Shown in pieces: positions 9,913 to 22,194 of a stretch of DNA of 42,575 nucleotides. Both the position numbers and the translations under genes were made by a program. The number at the start of each line of letters is the position of its first letter. Positions within the stretch are counted from its first letter, which is position 1. The notes below the pieces were generated by a model. The model searched no databases. It was given only the letters and a program-made list of their open reading frames with translations, and was not told the DNA's origin. Source of the DNA: Chrysochromulina tobinii (taxonomy: Eukaryota); NCBI GenBank assembly GCA_001275005.1, contig JWZX01002845.1:1-42575 (forward strand). Direction: 5' to 3'.

Positions 9913-11523
9913 ATGGCCTCCTCGAAGTCGTGCTTAGGCATCCTCGCGGCGGTGCGCAGCCAGGACCCCCGCCAGCGCGCGCCGCAATCCTTCCAGCTGC
10001 ACAGCGCTCACGCGGCCTGCCCAGCTCCGCCACCGCAGATGCCCCAAGAGGTTGAGAAGCTCAAGGCCAACGTCACTGACCAGGTCGAGCACAATCGCGG
10101 CACTGTCTTCACATTCACTACGGGAACTCTGGGCGGTCGGCCGGTGGTCTTCGCCGCAGCCAACGTGGGCACCGTCTTCGCTGGCAGTGCAGCGACGACG
10201 ATGATCAACGAGTTCAAGGTGTCGGCGATCGTCTTCACCGGCGTGGCGGGCGGTCTCAAGCAGGGCCAGAAGGTGGGCGACCTTCTCATCGGGAAGGATG
10301 TCGTGAACTACGAGATGGACGTACGCGCGTTCCATCCGCCTTGGGATCCTCACGTGTACCAGCTGGGCGAGATCCCGTTCCTCAAGTGGCGGTTCTACGA
10401 GGCCGACCCGACCATGCTCGCCACGGCGCTCGAGGCGCCCCTCGCTCACGGCGTGGTGCTCGCGCAGGGACGCATCGCGACCGGCTCCATTTTCATCGAC
10501 ACAGCCGCCAAAAAGGCGATGACCTCGACAGTGTGGGAACCCCTTGGCTTCCCCGACGCGTGCGAGATGGAGAACGCGGGCGTCGCGCAGATCTGCAAGG
10601 CGTACGGCGTGCCCTACCTCTCCCTGCGCGCCCTCTCCGACGTCATTGAGGGCGACGCGAACGCTGACTTCGGCGCCTTTTGCCAGCAAGCTGCGGACAA
10701 CGTGTTCCCTATTGTCCAACACCTCGCAGCGACGCTGGTGGACGCGGTGGACGTATCCGCGGGCGAGGGCGCCAAGCCCAAGGGAGGCAAGCCGTCGGCG
10801 GAGGAGATTGAGAAGATGAAGGCGGAGAAGGCCGCACAACCGAAGAAGGAGCCGCCGCCGCCGCAGACGAAGGAGACGCCAGAGGAGAAGGCAGCCAAGG
10901 AGGCGGCGAAGGCGAAGGACAAGCTGCTCAAGACGGTGATCAAGGAGGGCGGCAAGAAGGGCGTCGAGATCGAGGGCGCTGCCGAGATGGGCGGCCTCGA
11001 CTTCTTTTGCACGACCATCGAGTCGCCCGAGGGCGACCAGTCGCTGCTGCTCACGGCGATGCAGGCGATGAACGCAGACCCTGACCCGCTTGCCGAGGAG
11101 CGCAAGGGCTGCTCGGGCTTTGTGGGCAAGATGATCTTCTCGGCGGGCACCGCGCAGCTCGCCATCGTCGCGTACGTTCCCAAGCCCGAGTCGAACAAGT
11201 CGGCCGAGAAGGTGGACGTGACCGAGTGGATCAAGTCTGTGGCCGCGGCCGTCGGCGGCACGGTGACCAACGAGAAGATGGAGGCGCCCGACACGTTCGT
11301 CAACGAGGGCAAGCCCTTCCCGTGCCCGCACGGCGGCCACTTTGCGGAGGCGGTCGTCGTCTCCAACCCGGAGGCGGGCAAGTACGCGATCAAGGACAAG
11401 GACACGGCCATGGCGGCCGCCTTCGACTACCTGCGAAAGCACGGCGCCTTCCCCGAGGACACCGGCGACGACGAGGACGACATGGTCTTTGGCGACGACG
11501 ACGACCTCAGTGCCTTTGATTAG
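9913..11523 (+). CDS. 5'-methylthioadenosine/SAH nucleosidase fused to a Lys/Glu-rich linker and a C-terminal domain of unknown function; exons 9913-9951 and 10039-11523
   Basis: Removing the in-frame intron 9952-10038 gives GILAA|MPQEV. Then FTGVAGGL, GRIATG.IF, EMENAGVAQ and LRALSD are MtnN/Pfs motifs. Confidence 0.88.
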   Translation: MASSKSCLGILAAVRSQDPRQRAPQSFQLHSAHAACPAPPPQMPQEVEKLKANVTDQVEHNRGTVFTFTTGTLGGRPVVFAAANVGTVFAGSAATTMINEFKVSAIVFTGVAGGLKQGQKVGDLLIGKDVVNYEMDVRAFHPPWDPHVYQLGEIPFLKWRFYEADPTMLATALEAPLAHGVVLAQGRIATGSIFIDTAAKKAMTSTVWEPLGFPDACEMENAGVAQICKAYGVPYLSLRALSDVIEGDANADFGAFCQQAADNVFPIVQHLAATLVDAVDVSAGEGAKPKGGKPSAEEIEKMKAEKAAQPKKEPPPPQTKETPEEKAAKEAAKAKDKLLKTVIKEGGKKGVEIEGAAEMGGLDFFCTTIESPEGDQSLLLTAMQAMNADPDPLAEERKGCSGFVGKMIFSAGTAQLAIVAYVPKPESNKSAEKVDVTEWIKSVAAAVGGTVTNEKMEAPDTFVNEGKPFPCPHGGHFAEAVVVSNPEAGKYAIKDKDTAMAAAFDYLRKHGAFPEDTGDDEDDMVFGDDDDLSAFD

Positions 11524-11875
11524 ATTTCAGGCAGCTCTGTTGAGCTGTGCTTTACTGCTCTCGCAGATGCAGACCGCGAATCCGCGATGTGGCGGCGGAA
11601 CCCGCTCCGGTCGTCTCAATATTTCACATGTGTGCGCGCGGGCCATTTGGCCCAAGCATAGCATGCATGCCCGCGGGACCCGCGCGGCGCGGGTGCTGCT
11701 GCTGACACGGTCACGCGAGTAACGCGTATACGTTATGAAAACGCCGCGGGTGGGCCGACGGCCGAGTGCAAGACCGGCCCAACGCGGCTCGCGGGGCGGC
11801 AACGGCGTGCGCGGTGCGCGGGAGCTGCCGCACCGTGGTAATCGAAAGTGAGTAAAATTCATACAACACATGGTC

Positions 11876-12987
11876 CTATTTGGTCGATGCCTCCGAGCCG
11901 TCAAACAAGCCTTTCATTTTCATGCAGACGCGGTGTTCGGAGCAGTCGGGCGGCCATGTGCCGTTGTGCGCGAAGAGCAGCTCTTCCAAACCGGGTACCT
12001 TCGCATGGAAGTTGTTGCTCGCGTACTCGTCGTGCGCAATCACCCGCGGGAAGCTCGCGTTCGCCTGACGCCGGGCAGCCCAGGATGACTGGCAGCCCTT
12101 GGTGAGGAGCTCGTCGAACGCGAGACGCAGCCCGAGGAAACGTAGCCGGCGAGAGTAGGGCAACTTGTTCAGATGCCACTCGACCAGGAGGTGCGTCGCC
12201 CGGCACAGCGCCCCCGACACGATGAGGTGGGGCAACAGGTCGTACTCTGCGCCCTCGATGTCAATCTTGAGGAGCCGGAGTGTGAACGCATCCGAGAAGG
12301 AGGCGCCGTGCAGCAGCCAAGCAGCGAGGTCGATGGTGGGGACGATGGTCTTTTGGCCGCTATTGACCATCCTGCTCGCGTCTGCACCATCGGCCATGAG
12401 GGAAGATTCCTGACTGGACTTCAAGGAATAAAAGGTCATGTTGCCGTTGCGTGTCCACGCGGCAACTGGTAGGAAACTCACGCTGACATTCGGTGTCCGT
12501 CTTCTGAGATCAGTCACCAGCTTGGTCAAAACGGGCGCCATGCTGGGCTGTGGGTCGAGCATGGTCACATTGAGCTGACCGATAAGATGGCTGCGACTGT
12601 GATGGCGTGCCGCTATATTCGCAAGGAGTGTCATCCACCTGGAGAATTCACCAGTATTTGCGCCGACGTCAACGACGACGGCACGCTCCATGCGGCTCAG
12701 CCGAAGAAAATCTGCACATGCGACCCGATCATCCATCAGTAGCCAACGGAGGCAATCAAAAGGTACTCAAGGTTCGTCACATGCGTCCGACCCGAGAAGA
12801 ACCTGTTGCGAAACGGAATGTCGGGCCGGCACACCCCGCACAGTCCCTTGCTAGGGTTGCAACTCGGCGGCATGCTGTTGGGTGAAGACCAACATGGATC
12901 TAATTCCTTGACCTCCGCCTCTTGGGACTGGCCGGCTTCTTGATTCGACGAGGCAGCAACGCAGACGGTCAGGCAAAAGCCAAGCAT
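11876..12987 (-). CDS. Secreted FkbM-family (Methyltransf_21) methyltransferase; probable exons 12987-12792 and 12711-11876
   Basis: VVVDVGANTG, VAAW..NG, VPTIDLA.WL, LLKIDIEGAEY, LLVEWH. Signal peptide MLGFCLTVCVAASS. An inferred GT-AG intron at 12791-12712 gives RFFS|DFLR. Confidence 0.78.
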
Positions 12988-13258
12988 CGTGAGGAGAGTG
13001 GACCGAGCTCCTCGGTGAAGCCGAGGGGCCAGGTCGTCCGGCCCATCTCCGGCGCCCGAGAAGTACGGAACGGACCAGGTGTGAATGCAGAGAGGAGTAA
13101 ACGTAGACGCAACGAAAAACATTGGGTTGCATGAAGAACACGTCGCCGCTGAACGCCGTGTACATGTAGAGCACTTCACAGCCATAGTTATAATTCACAC
13201 GTGCGTCCGTTCAAAGTCCGCACACCAACCGTCAACCGTCGCGTTGCTCCTGCCCGTC

Positions 13259-14737
13259 ATGGGACGGGCGCGCCATGGCGGGGACGGTCCGCCTCCACCG
13301 CAGCTGTATGCGGATGGCCGCCCAACGCTCAAAAAATTTGGCACCTTCTCGACGCCCTCGTTCCACGGCGTCGGCGAGCCTTACGATGACAGCCGGCAGA
13401 TCCTCGACCGGGACAAGGGCACGCAGATGTTCACGAATCGATCGAAGAAAGGGCAGACGGGTGGAAACTGGAATGAAGGCCGCTACGGTAAGCGACCACC
13501 GGTGAAGCCGCTCTACGAGGGCATCAAATTCGTCGAGGAGTTCAAACTGCTCCAAAAAGTCAACATGGAGGAGCGGAAGCGGGATCTGACGACAAACGGC
13601 TTCAAGAACCCGGGCAAGCCGAAGATGAACTCGGGCGTGGGCGCGTACTGGGGTTGCATTGGGCCCAAGCTCCCTCACGGCTACGATGGCATACTCAACG
13701 GCAAACCGATCGACGAGAAAGGCAAGGTACCGGCAGGGACCATCCACGAGATGAAGCAGATGATGACGATGCCGGGCAAGAAGGGGTACGGCGCGTCGAC
13801 GCCCGGGTGCATCTTCGGGCCGGGGCCACTCAAGGACGAGTCTGGTTTGGGCAAGTACGGCGGTCGCGAGTACAAGTGGGAGAAGGATCCTTGGGGAATG
13901 GCACACGAGAAAGAACAGGAGTACCATCGGAAGCACATTGAATCGCTTCAAGGGCGGCCACCGTTGGTGTCCATGTACGCCTGATCTACGCGCCTGAGTC
14001 GCGCTCCGGATCTCCCATCCCGGATCTCACGTTCCGGAACTCCCGTTCTAGATCTCCCGTTCTGGATGTCCCGTTCTGGATCTCACGTTCTGGATGTCCG
14101 GTGCCTCGCTCTCATGACGAATCTCCACGTGCCACGCAGGTGCCACGCGCTCGACTTTTTCGACGGCAAGAAGCGAGTGGCGGCGCCCGAGATCTTCACA
14201 GAGAACCCGAGGCTCCCCGAGCGGCCCAAGTCGGCGCCCTACGGCAAGCCCGTCTCAGACGCACCCTTCTTCCCCGCCAAGGCGCCCAAGTCGGGCCCGC
14301 ATGCAACCTTCAGCAAATTCCCTGTGTACGCCGCGCCCGATAAGCACCTATTTAGGACCTCGCCACCTGCCCGATGAGTGCCTCGCAATGTACCGCGACG
14401 GAGGGGCACTCGAGTGGCCCTCGGATCGCTAACGGCGAACGGCGAACGGCGAACGGCGAACGGCGAACGGCTCGTCACCGATCGCCTGAGTGCCGTCGCC
14501 CTGTGGTGCTCGCAATTACACACATGGACGACCCCTGATTGACTCTGATGACCACTGATTGCCTCCCTCATCAGGTACATGGACGATCCGGACACTCTCA
14601 AGATCAAAAAGGCCCACGACGAGTTCGCCAAGCATCCCATCCTGGGAGCACCCTTCAAGCCGACCGGCCCCTCGTCCGGCGCGCCGACGCCCTCGATCAT
14701 GTTCCACGTGCCGGGCAACAACGGGTGTGGCGCGTGA
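13259..14737 (+). CDS. CFAP96: Cilia- and flagella-associated protein 96-like (C4orf47/DUF4586); exons 13259-13974, 14140-14325 and 14575-14737
   Basis: FS....VGEPY, K..QM, LYEG, SG.GAY.G.IG, T.PGKKG.YG, DFFD, TFSKFP|YM.DP match the recalled C4orf47 family pattern. Both GT-AG introns restore the frame. Confidence 0.75.
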
Positions 14738-15675
14738 GCAGCTGGGCTCCTTGCTGCTGGGCGCTGCTGGGCGCCTCGTCTTGAGCTCTTTGGCGCGCCG
14801 TATTGGGCTCCAGTCGGCTCTTGTTCGCGTCTTGCGCAGCCTCTGCGCCGCTTTAGCGCCTATTTCTCTCTCTTTTCAATCTCAACATGTTCGTCCTCTT
14901 TACAGTGCATGGTGCATGTGCCTTCCAAGCTTCATATCTTCGGTCAGGGGTCCAAGTGTGTGGGAGGAGTCAGGAGACGTACGCTTTACCCCCTGGCGTG
15001 CCGCGATGAAGCGAAGTAACAGAATTTAGCGGCCGGCTGACGGAACGTGTTTGGGCTCGAACTGAATTTACTTTGGCACCAAAATCCAAATACACACGAC
15101 CGGTCACACGCGACGACGCCGATATAATAATTCGGGCGCACGACCGGACATATTTCATATCATCGGAACGTTCTCCGCTGGACGAGTCGTGACCCGTTGC
15201 GACCTTCAAGAACTCACAAATGAGCGTGGAACCGGGGGTTACACATTCAACATGGTTTCATAGGCCTCGCAGCCGAGCCGCCAGTGTCATTGGCCCGGCG
15301 TCATTGGCTCGGCCTATCTGTCATTGGGGAAAGTGGTCATTGGCCCGAGGTCTGCCTCTGTCATCGCCTCTTTGGCATGCGAGGGAGCGCCCGGGCTCGG
15401 CCAACCCCACCACGAGCGCGTGCGAGTCGCACCATCCATGACCGCATGGTGTATGCCCACTGATGCTGTGCCCTCACTTCTGCCACGCCTGCTGCACCGT
15501 CGTTCGCCCCCACATGCTGCTGCGCGCTTGCTCGCGCGCGCCTGAATGGTGTGGCCGTTCTGGCCGTTGGGACGGTCGCCTAACGGTTGCCTTGGGTCAA
15601 GACCTGCCGACTGACCTGCCCCACCCTCCCCAAGTCGCCCCTGCTGTCACAAACCCCACAGCTGGCGGCCAGGAA

Positions 15676-15810
15676 GCCCCTCTGCGTCTGGCTGATCGCA
15701 CGGCAAGGCGCCCGGCACGGCGCCCCTCTGCGTCTGGCTGATCGCCCGGCAAGGCGCCCGGCACGGCGCCCCTCTGCGTCTGGCTGATCGCCCGGCAAGG
15801 CGCCCGGCAA
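15676..15810. repeat. 46-bp tandem repeat x~3 just 3' of WDR90
   Basis: gcccctctgcgtctggctgatcgc(a/c)cggcaaggcgcccggcacggc units start at 15676, 15722 and 15768. Confidence 0.92.
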
Positions 15811-15864
15811 CGCGCCTCGGGGCAAGATGCACCACGCGGGGCCAATCGCCATTCACATTCACAC

Positions 15865-17162
15865 CTAGATCGGCATCTGCCACACGGCCACCTCGTCCTC
15901 TGCGGCCGAGAAGAGCCGATTGCCACCGAAATGGAGCGAGCGCACGTTATGGCAGTGGAGCTCGACAGAGGCTGCCCCAATGAGCACCGAGCCCCCACTG
16001 TCGAGCACGCGCTCCTCAGCGGCCGCCTCCTCGGCAGTCATGGGAGAAGCGAGGTATTCGATCAGCTGTACGGCGCCGCTCGCGCCGCCCACAGCGAGCA
16101 GGGGGGCGCAGTCGCATGCGGCCAGAGAGGTGGGCCATTCATCGAGCGAGAGCGCCGCGACGGGCACACGCTGCAGGAAGTCATACAAGGTGAGCCGTCG
16201 CTCGCGTGTGAGGCCGGTGCACGCGATGACTCCGGGTCGTCCCGGGAGGAAGCTCACGAGGCATCGCCATCCGAGGGGCGCCAGCTTCGCGGGCAGCTTG
16301 AGCACAGGGGCGGACTCGAGTGAAAGGGAGACGAGCGGCGTCGCCTCCGCTGCCGAGCGAGCGTCACGTACGAGCGGCCATACCTCGACTTGCTGATGCT
16401 CAGATGCGACTGCCCACAAAGCGACGGGCGCGCCGCCCGTTGGCGTCGCCGTGTCGCCGATGATGTACCCGCCGTAGCTCAGGTCGAGGCAGGTCACGGG
16501 CACGTTCGTAGGGGGGCGGAGCGTCGCCAAGGGCGCGAGCAGCTCGCCGAGGGCCGCCGAGTGCAAGCGGACCTCGCCGTCGGCGGCGGCGGAGAGCAGG
16601 CATGCACGAGGGCCAAAGGCGAGGCAGGCGATCGGCGCCACGTGTACCCGGCGCTGCGTGAGCAGCTGCAGCGAGCCGATGGAGACGAGCTGCACGCGCC
16701 CGGAGCTGTAGCCCACCGCCACCAGCCCCCCCGCCGTCGGGTCGTCGACCCCCTTTGCACTCTTCCCCCCCCAGCCGGTCGTCGGCGTGATGCCGAGCGC
16801 CGTCGCGGGCTCATTCGGCTGATGAATGCGCGCGAGCGGCGCGCCGCACGGCGCGCCTGGGCGCGCGTCCCAGAGCAGCACGCCGCATGATTCGCCCTGC
16901 ATCTCGCCAAGGGAGAGCGAGGCAAGCACCGTAGGCGCCGCGCCGTCCTGGGCGCGCGGCACCGCGAGGGCGACGAGCGGCGGTGGCACCGCACCCGTGA
17001 GTAGCGTGGCGGCACCCGTAGTCCACTGCACGTGCCACAGCGAGCCTGCGGCGGTCCCCACCACGCCCTGTGTGCCGTCCTCGGCCCAGCTCATCGCGAT
17101 CGCATCGCCGTCCAACTCAATCTCCCCGAGCGGGGTGAGCACTAGCTCTGGCCGGCCGCCCA

Positions 17163-17195
<33 letters not shown>

Positions 17196-18736
17196 TGGGA
17201 GGAGGGATGGTGAGACGGAAGCGGCAGACCGCGTGCGTGGCCGAGGCGCCCCCGACGACCAAGTGCCAGGAGGCGAAGTCGGAGGCGCCGACGGGCGCCA
17301 CCGCCACCGACGCGTGCAGCAGGTCGATTTCGTCAAAGAGCGACGAGAGTGTGAAGACGCCAATCGGCGCCGAAGCGGCGGCCGACGCAAAGGCGGCGCT
17401 CGTCGAGGCGGCGGCGGGAGGCGGCCCCCACAGGCACAGGGTGCCCTCGGTGTCGCCTGTGAGACTCAGGGTGGGGCTCAGGTGCAGCATGGCAGTCGCG
17501 TGCACCGGGTTGCCCTCGACGTCGGCGGGGAGGAGACGGGGCGAGAGCGGCAGCAACATCGGCCGAGCGCGAGGCTCCTCGGACGGCTCGTCCTCGCCCT
17601 CGTCCTCGTCGCCGCCCGCGGCGGGTAGTGAGGCCGCGGGCTGCGTCGCTACCCGCCACGTGTACAGGCCGCCCTTGCCCGCGGCGGAGATCTGAAGCCC
17701 ATCGGCGGAGACGGCGAGGCAGTGCAGGTCGGGTGGCGTGGAGGCGCTCAGGAGCAGCGCGCCTGAGATGACGCTGTGCACGCGCAGCTGCCCGTCGTGC
17801 AACCCGAGCGACGCGAGCGCCGCCTGCCCCAGAAAGGCAAGGCACTGCACGCCGCCCTCGTGGCCGGGCAGCCGCATGCGCAGCACGGCGCTCGCCTTCT
17901 CGGAGCTCGCGGCGAGATCGAGATCTGCCGCGCGAGGATGCAGGTCGTACACGCAGAGCGGCGCGTCGCTGCCCGCGCCCACGGCGGCGAAGCGCCCGTC
18001 GTTGGAGAGCGCCAAGGTCGAGATCTCGCCAGATCCGCCCGTCAGGTGGACGGGCGCCGTGCCGGGCGCGAGGCTGTCGACGACGAGGGTGTCGCCGCTC
18101 GCGTAGATGAGAGTGGCCGTGCTCGGTTGCCACACGACGTGGTCATGCGCGTGCGTCGAGAAGCCGATCAGTCGGAGCAGCTCGAGGCCGGAGGCCACAT
18201 GGGTCGCGAGGGAGTCCCCCTCGTGCTCCGCCGCGAGCCCTCGCGCCTCTGCCACCAACGCGGCGACTGACGAACCCCATGTAACGGCCTCGGCCGCTGC
18301 TTGGGCGGAGCGTCCACCGGGATGCGCCGAGATCGCATCGAGCTCGCGAGCTCCCATGGCCTCGGCGAGGGCTGCGTCGGTCACTGCCTCGACGGGGGCA
18401 TCGTCGGTGTACACGACGCGAAGCCGGTAGCGCTTTCGAGGGAACGGGCTCTCATCCTCGCCCTCGTCCTCGTCCTCGTCCTCCTCCTCCTCCTCCTCGT
18501 CCTCCTCCTGCGGGTCCTCCTCCTGCTGCTGCTGCTTGGTCGCCACCGCCGCCGCCACGACCGGGTCGGACAGCGTCACCGAGCGGCCCGCCTCCGCACC
18601 AGCCATCAGGTACCCCGCCTCGGCCGTCCCGAGAGCACGCAGCCGTTGACGAAGCGCCTCAAAGTCGTCCGCCGTCGGCCCCACGTCCGCGAGCGCCGTC
18701 TTGGGCGCCGCCGCGCCCACCGCGCCCGCGTCCTCA

Positions 18737-18769
<33 letters not shown>

Positions 18770-21700
18770 CCCTCCTCGTCCTCGTCCCCGTCCGCACCCG
18801 AGGCGGCGCCGGCGAGCACTTGCGACGGCGACGGTAAGCGCTCCTTGGCGCGCTCGTAGAGCCCCTCGAGCTCGAGCAGCCGCCCGTCCCGCTCGGCCTC
18901 CGCCTGACGCACCGACTCGTCCACCACATCCTCCGGGTCGGCCCCTGCCGGTCCGCGGTACTCCCACACGAAGACCGTGTCGCCGCCGCCGACCATGAGG
19001 AGCGTCTGGCCATCCGACGAGAAGGCGAGCTTCGTGATCACGTCGGGCGCTCCGATGAACGGCTGGCACGCGCCCGGTCCACAGCCGCGCGTCTTCTCCG
19101 GGCCGGCGCCGCCCTCGCGCACGGTGGCCATCGGCCACATGCGCAGCTTCTTGTCATGGCCGCCGGTGGCCACGTGCGCACCCGAGCGTGCCAGGGCGAG
19201 CGCGTCGATGGGCGCCGTGTGCGCGTGAGGCAGCACGGCCGCTTCGGAAGCCGCCAGCCCACCTGCGGTCAGCGGCACGCAAAGCAGGGTCCCCTCGAGC
19301 GTCGCCAGGAAAAGCGTGCGGCCTGGCCCCATGGCCACCGCCGTCGCGTTCGCCGAGAGGGAGAAGGTGTTGAGGACTGTGAGCGTGCTCGCGTCGAGGG
19401 TGAGCACCGCCTTATTCTGAAGCCCACCAGCGACGAGCAGCTTGTCGTCAGAGGTGAGGGCGAGGCACGGCTTCGCGTCCGGGAACGCCTTGGCCGAAAA
19501 CGCGCGCGAGGGCTGGTACGAGTGCACCACATCGTACGCGGTGAGGCCGCAGTCCGTGCCGGCTGAGTAGAGTCGCTCGCCGTCGGCGGAGTAGGCGAGG
19601 TCAATGACCTTCCCCGCGTGCTGCGTGTACTCCTCGAGCAGCGACGTGGACGCGATGTCAAAGACGCGCACCGATCCGTCGTCGAAGCCGGCGGCGATGA
19701 CATACTCCGTCGGGTGGTACGCGACACAGCGCGAGCACCCTTCGGGCAGCTCGAACTCGACCAGCTGCGCCTGCGTGCCGTCGAGCTCCCATACGCGGAT
19801 CGAGCCGTCGCAGGAGGCGGTGACGAACTCGCGGTTATGCGGGTCGAGCGCGAGCCCATAGATGATGTCCGTGTGCGAGCGCACGATGGTTGCATGCTTG
19901 AGCGTGGGCACGTCGAGCATCCCGATCGTGCCCGAGGCTGTCCCGATGAGGAGCTTCAACCCATCGGGCGACGCGTCAATGGCCGTTACACTCCCTTCAT
20001 GCTCCGTCTCGAGAAAGTGCGCCGAAAAGTCGAGCGGCCACACGCGTAGCAGACGGTCCTCGGCGCCCGTGACCGCGAAGCCGGCGGAGAGGTGGACGGC
20101 GTGGATGGCGGCGCCCTCGTGGAGAGCGTGCACGGCCTGATGAGGGAGGCCATCACGCGCCCAGTCAGTGATGAGGGAGGCCATCACGCGCCCAGTCAGT
20201 GATGAGGGAGGCCATCACGCGCCCAGTCAGTGATGAGGGAGGCCATCACGCGCCGAGACCATCGGAAGGGCGAACCGACGGAAGACGGTGGCGGCGGGGC
20301 ACTCTGCGGCAATCATCGGTCCTCAGAAGGCAATCATCAGTCCTCAGAAGGCAATCATCGGTCCTCAGAGGCAATCATCAGTCCTCAGCGGCATTCATCG
20401 GCCCGTATCCTCGGTCCTCAGCGAGATATCAACGACATATCAACGAGATCTAAGCGAGATCGCACCTCGAGCGTGCGCTTCGTCGGGTCGATGACGAAGA
20501 GGTGGCCAGAGGAGCCGCCGACGAGAAGGCGGCGTTGCTTTTGGCGTTCGGCGCCGCCGCCGTGTTGGGCGGGGTCGTCGAGGGCGAGGCACAGAAAGAG
20601 CGTGCCCGCCTCGTGCTGTAGAGGGATGCCGCAGCAGTGCAGCTTGCCGCGGCGCAGCCGCCAGAAGCGCACATTCTCGTAGCCGCACGCGACGAGCTGA
20701 TGGCCCTCGGCGGGGGGCGTCCCCTCGGCCTTGGCGTGCGCGACGTCCATCGGCTCGGGAGGCACCCATTGAATGACGCGCACGTGGGTGGACGACACCT
20801 TGGCATCGAGCAGCGGGCACGAGGGCAGCGGCGCCGCCGCCTGCGTCACGTCCCAGACGGCGAGCAGCTGCCGGCCGCGCGCGTCCTTCCCCACAGCGGC
20901 GAGCAGAGAACCGTCCGACGAGAGGGAGAGGGTGTGCAGGTCCGCCGCGTGCTGCTGCAGCATCGCGAGTGGCGTGCACGTGTTGCTGTCCCACAGCCGG
21001 ATGATCGGCAAGGCGCCCACCTGTGGGGAAGTGGAGGGGGCGTCGTGGTGAGCACGTGCAGGCTGCTCCTCGCCCGCAAGCATGCAAGAAGATCGGCAAG
21101 GCGCCCACCTGCGCTGACGCGATCAGGGGCGACGTCGAGGCCGCCGAGAGCGCGCACACGTCGGCCGTATGGCCGATCAGGAACCGCTGGGCGCCCGTGT
21201 CCAATTCCTGCAGGATGAGCAACGAGGCGGCCGCGTAGAGCACGCGACGCCCGTCCTTCATCCACACGAGCAGCCCGTTCCGCTCGCCCGAGTAGCCCAG
21301 CACGCGGCTCAGCGCGAGCACCGTCGGGTCGGCCGGGGCTGTCGGCTTGGGGGGTGGGGGGAAGAGGGCGCGAGGCGCGGCGCCCGATCGCTGCCGACGG
21401 CGCCGTGTGACCTCATCGACGTCGGCGGCGGCGCTGCTGCGCGGCTCGGTGCGCGGGCTTGCGCCGGCGGGCGCACCAAGACCGGCACTCTTGAGAGCAC
21501 GCGTCGGTGGTGCGCTCAGAGGGGCGCCAGAGACAGCCAGATCGGCCGCCGAGAACGGCGCGACGGCCGGCGGCGCAGGTAGCCATCGCCACTCGAAGAG
21601 GTCGCCGAAGGCCTTGCCTGCGGGGAGCGGGATCGCAAACTCGCGCGGCAGCGTCTCGAACTGGTACACGAGGTCCGACGTGAACGCCGCGCGCAGGTTC

Positions 21701-22194
21701 ATCGAGCAGCACGCGACGAGGCCCTTGAGCGCTGCGAACCGCCCCTTGCTCGACGCCACGACGGCGGCGGTGAGCGCGGCGAGGTCGACGGCGAGGACGG
21801 TCCAGCGGCCCGCGGTGGCCGCGAGCTGCGCGCCCGGGATCTGCACCACCGTTCCCACCTGCTTGATCGTCGTGAAGCGGCTCGAGAGCGTCACGCGAAC
21901 GACAAACTTGGCGTCGGTCAGAAGGTCAAAGTGCAGCGTGAAGGCGGCGCCGGGAAGCAGGCAGAGCTCGAGGTAGAGATAGGCGCCGCTCAGTCCGAGC
22001 CCGATGGGGCCGGGCTTGGGCAGCGCGAGGTAGTTGGCTGCCGCCGTCTTGCCACGGATGGCGACGCACTTTTTGCCGATCGTCTTGTCGATGGCCTCTG
22101 AGACGTCGCCCTGCTTCTCCGCGTCGGCGAAGCCGCTGGAGGCGAAGTGCTTGAGGATGTCGACGTACGGGTCGGGGAACTTGTGCGCGAGCAT
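15865..22194 (-). CDS. WDR90: WD repeat protein 90 / POC16-like centriolar protein; exons 22194-21109, 21020-20466 and 20136-15865
   Basis: N-terminal CFA20-like domain (DKTIGKK...I.G...AANY..LPK....LGL.G.YLY) followed by many WD40 repeats (GYSG, GHT.DV.AL, ENVRFWR.R.G.L, RSHTD, TAS.DG.IRVW). Introns at 21108-21021 and 20465-20137. Confidence 0.88.
20137..20465 (-). other. WDR90 intron with a 31-bp x3-4 repeat at its acceptor and a catc(a/g)gtcctcag array
   Basis: tgatgagggaggccatcacgcg units at 20138, 20169, 20200 and 20231; GT-AG ends join TLE|AVH. Confidence 0.85.

Noticed and set aside
9934..11442. Long antisense ORFs (e.g. 9934-11442, 3984-4808, 26313-27431, 28434-29489)
   Set aside because: These are shadows of GC3-rich sense genes and have no recognisable motifs.
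12712..12791. Apparent frameshift between ORFs 12736-13185 and 11876-12736
   Set aside because: It is explained by a GT-AG intron that restores the frame, so it is not a pseudogene.
13259..22194. Two ciliary/centriolar genes (CFAP96, WDR90) side by side as a functional cluster
   Set aside because: They are convergent with no shared promoter; adjacency is plausible by chance in a flagellate genome.
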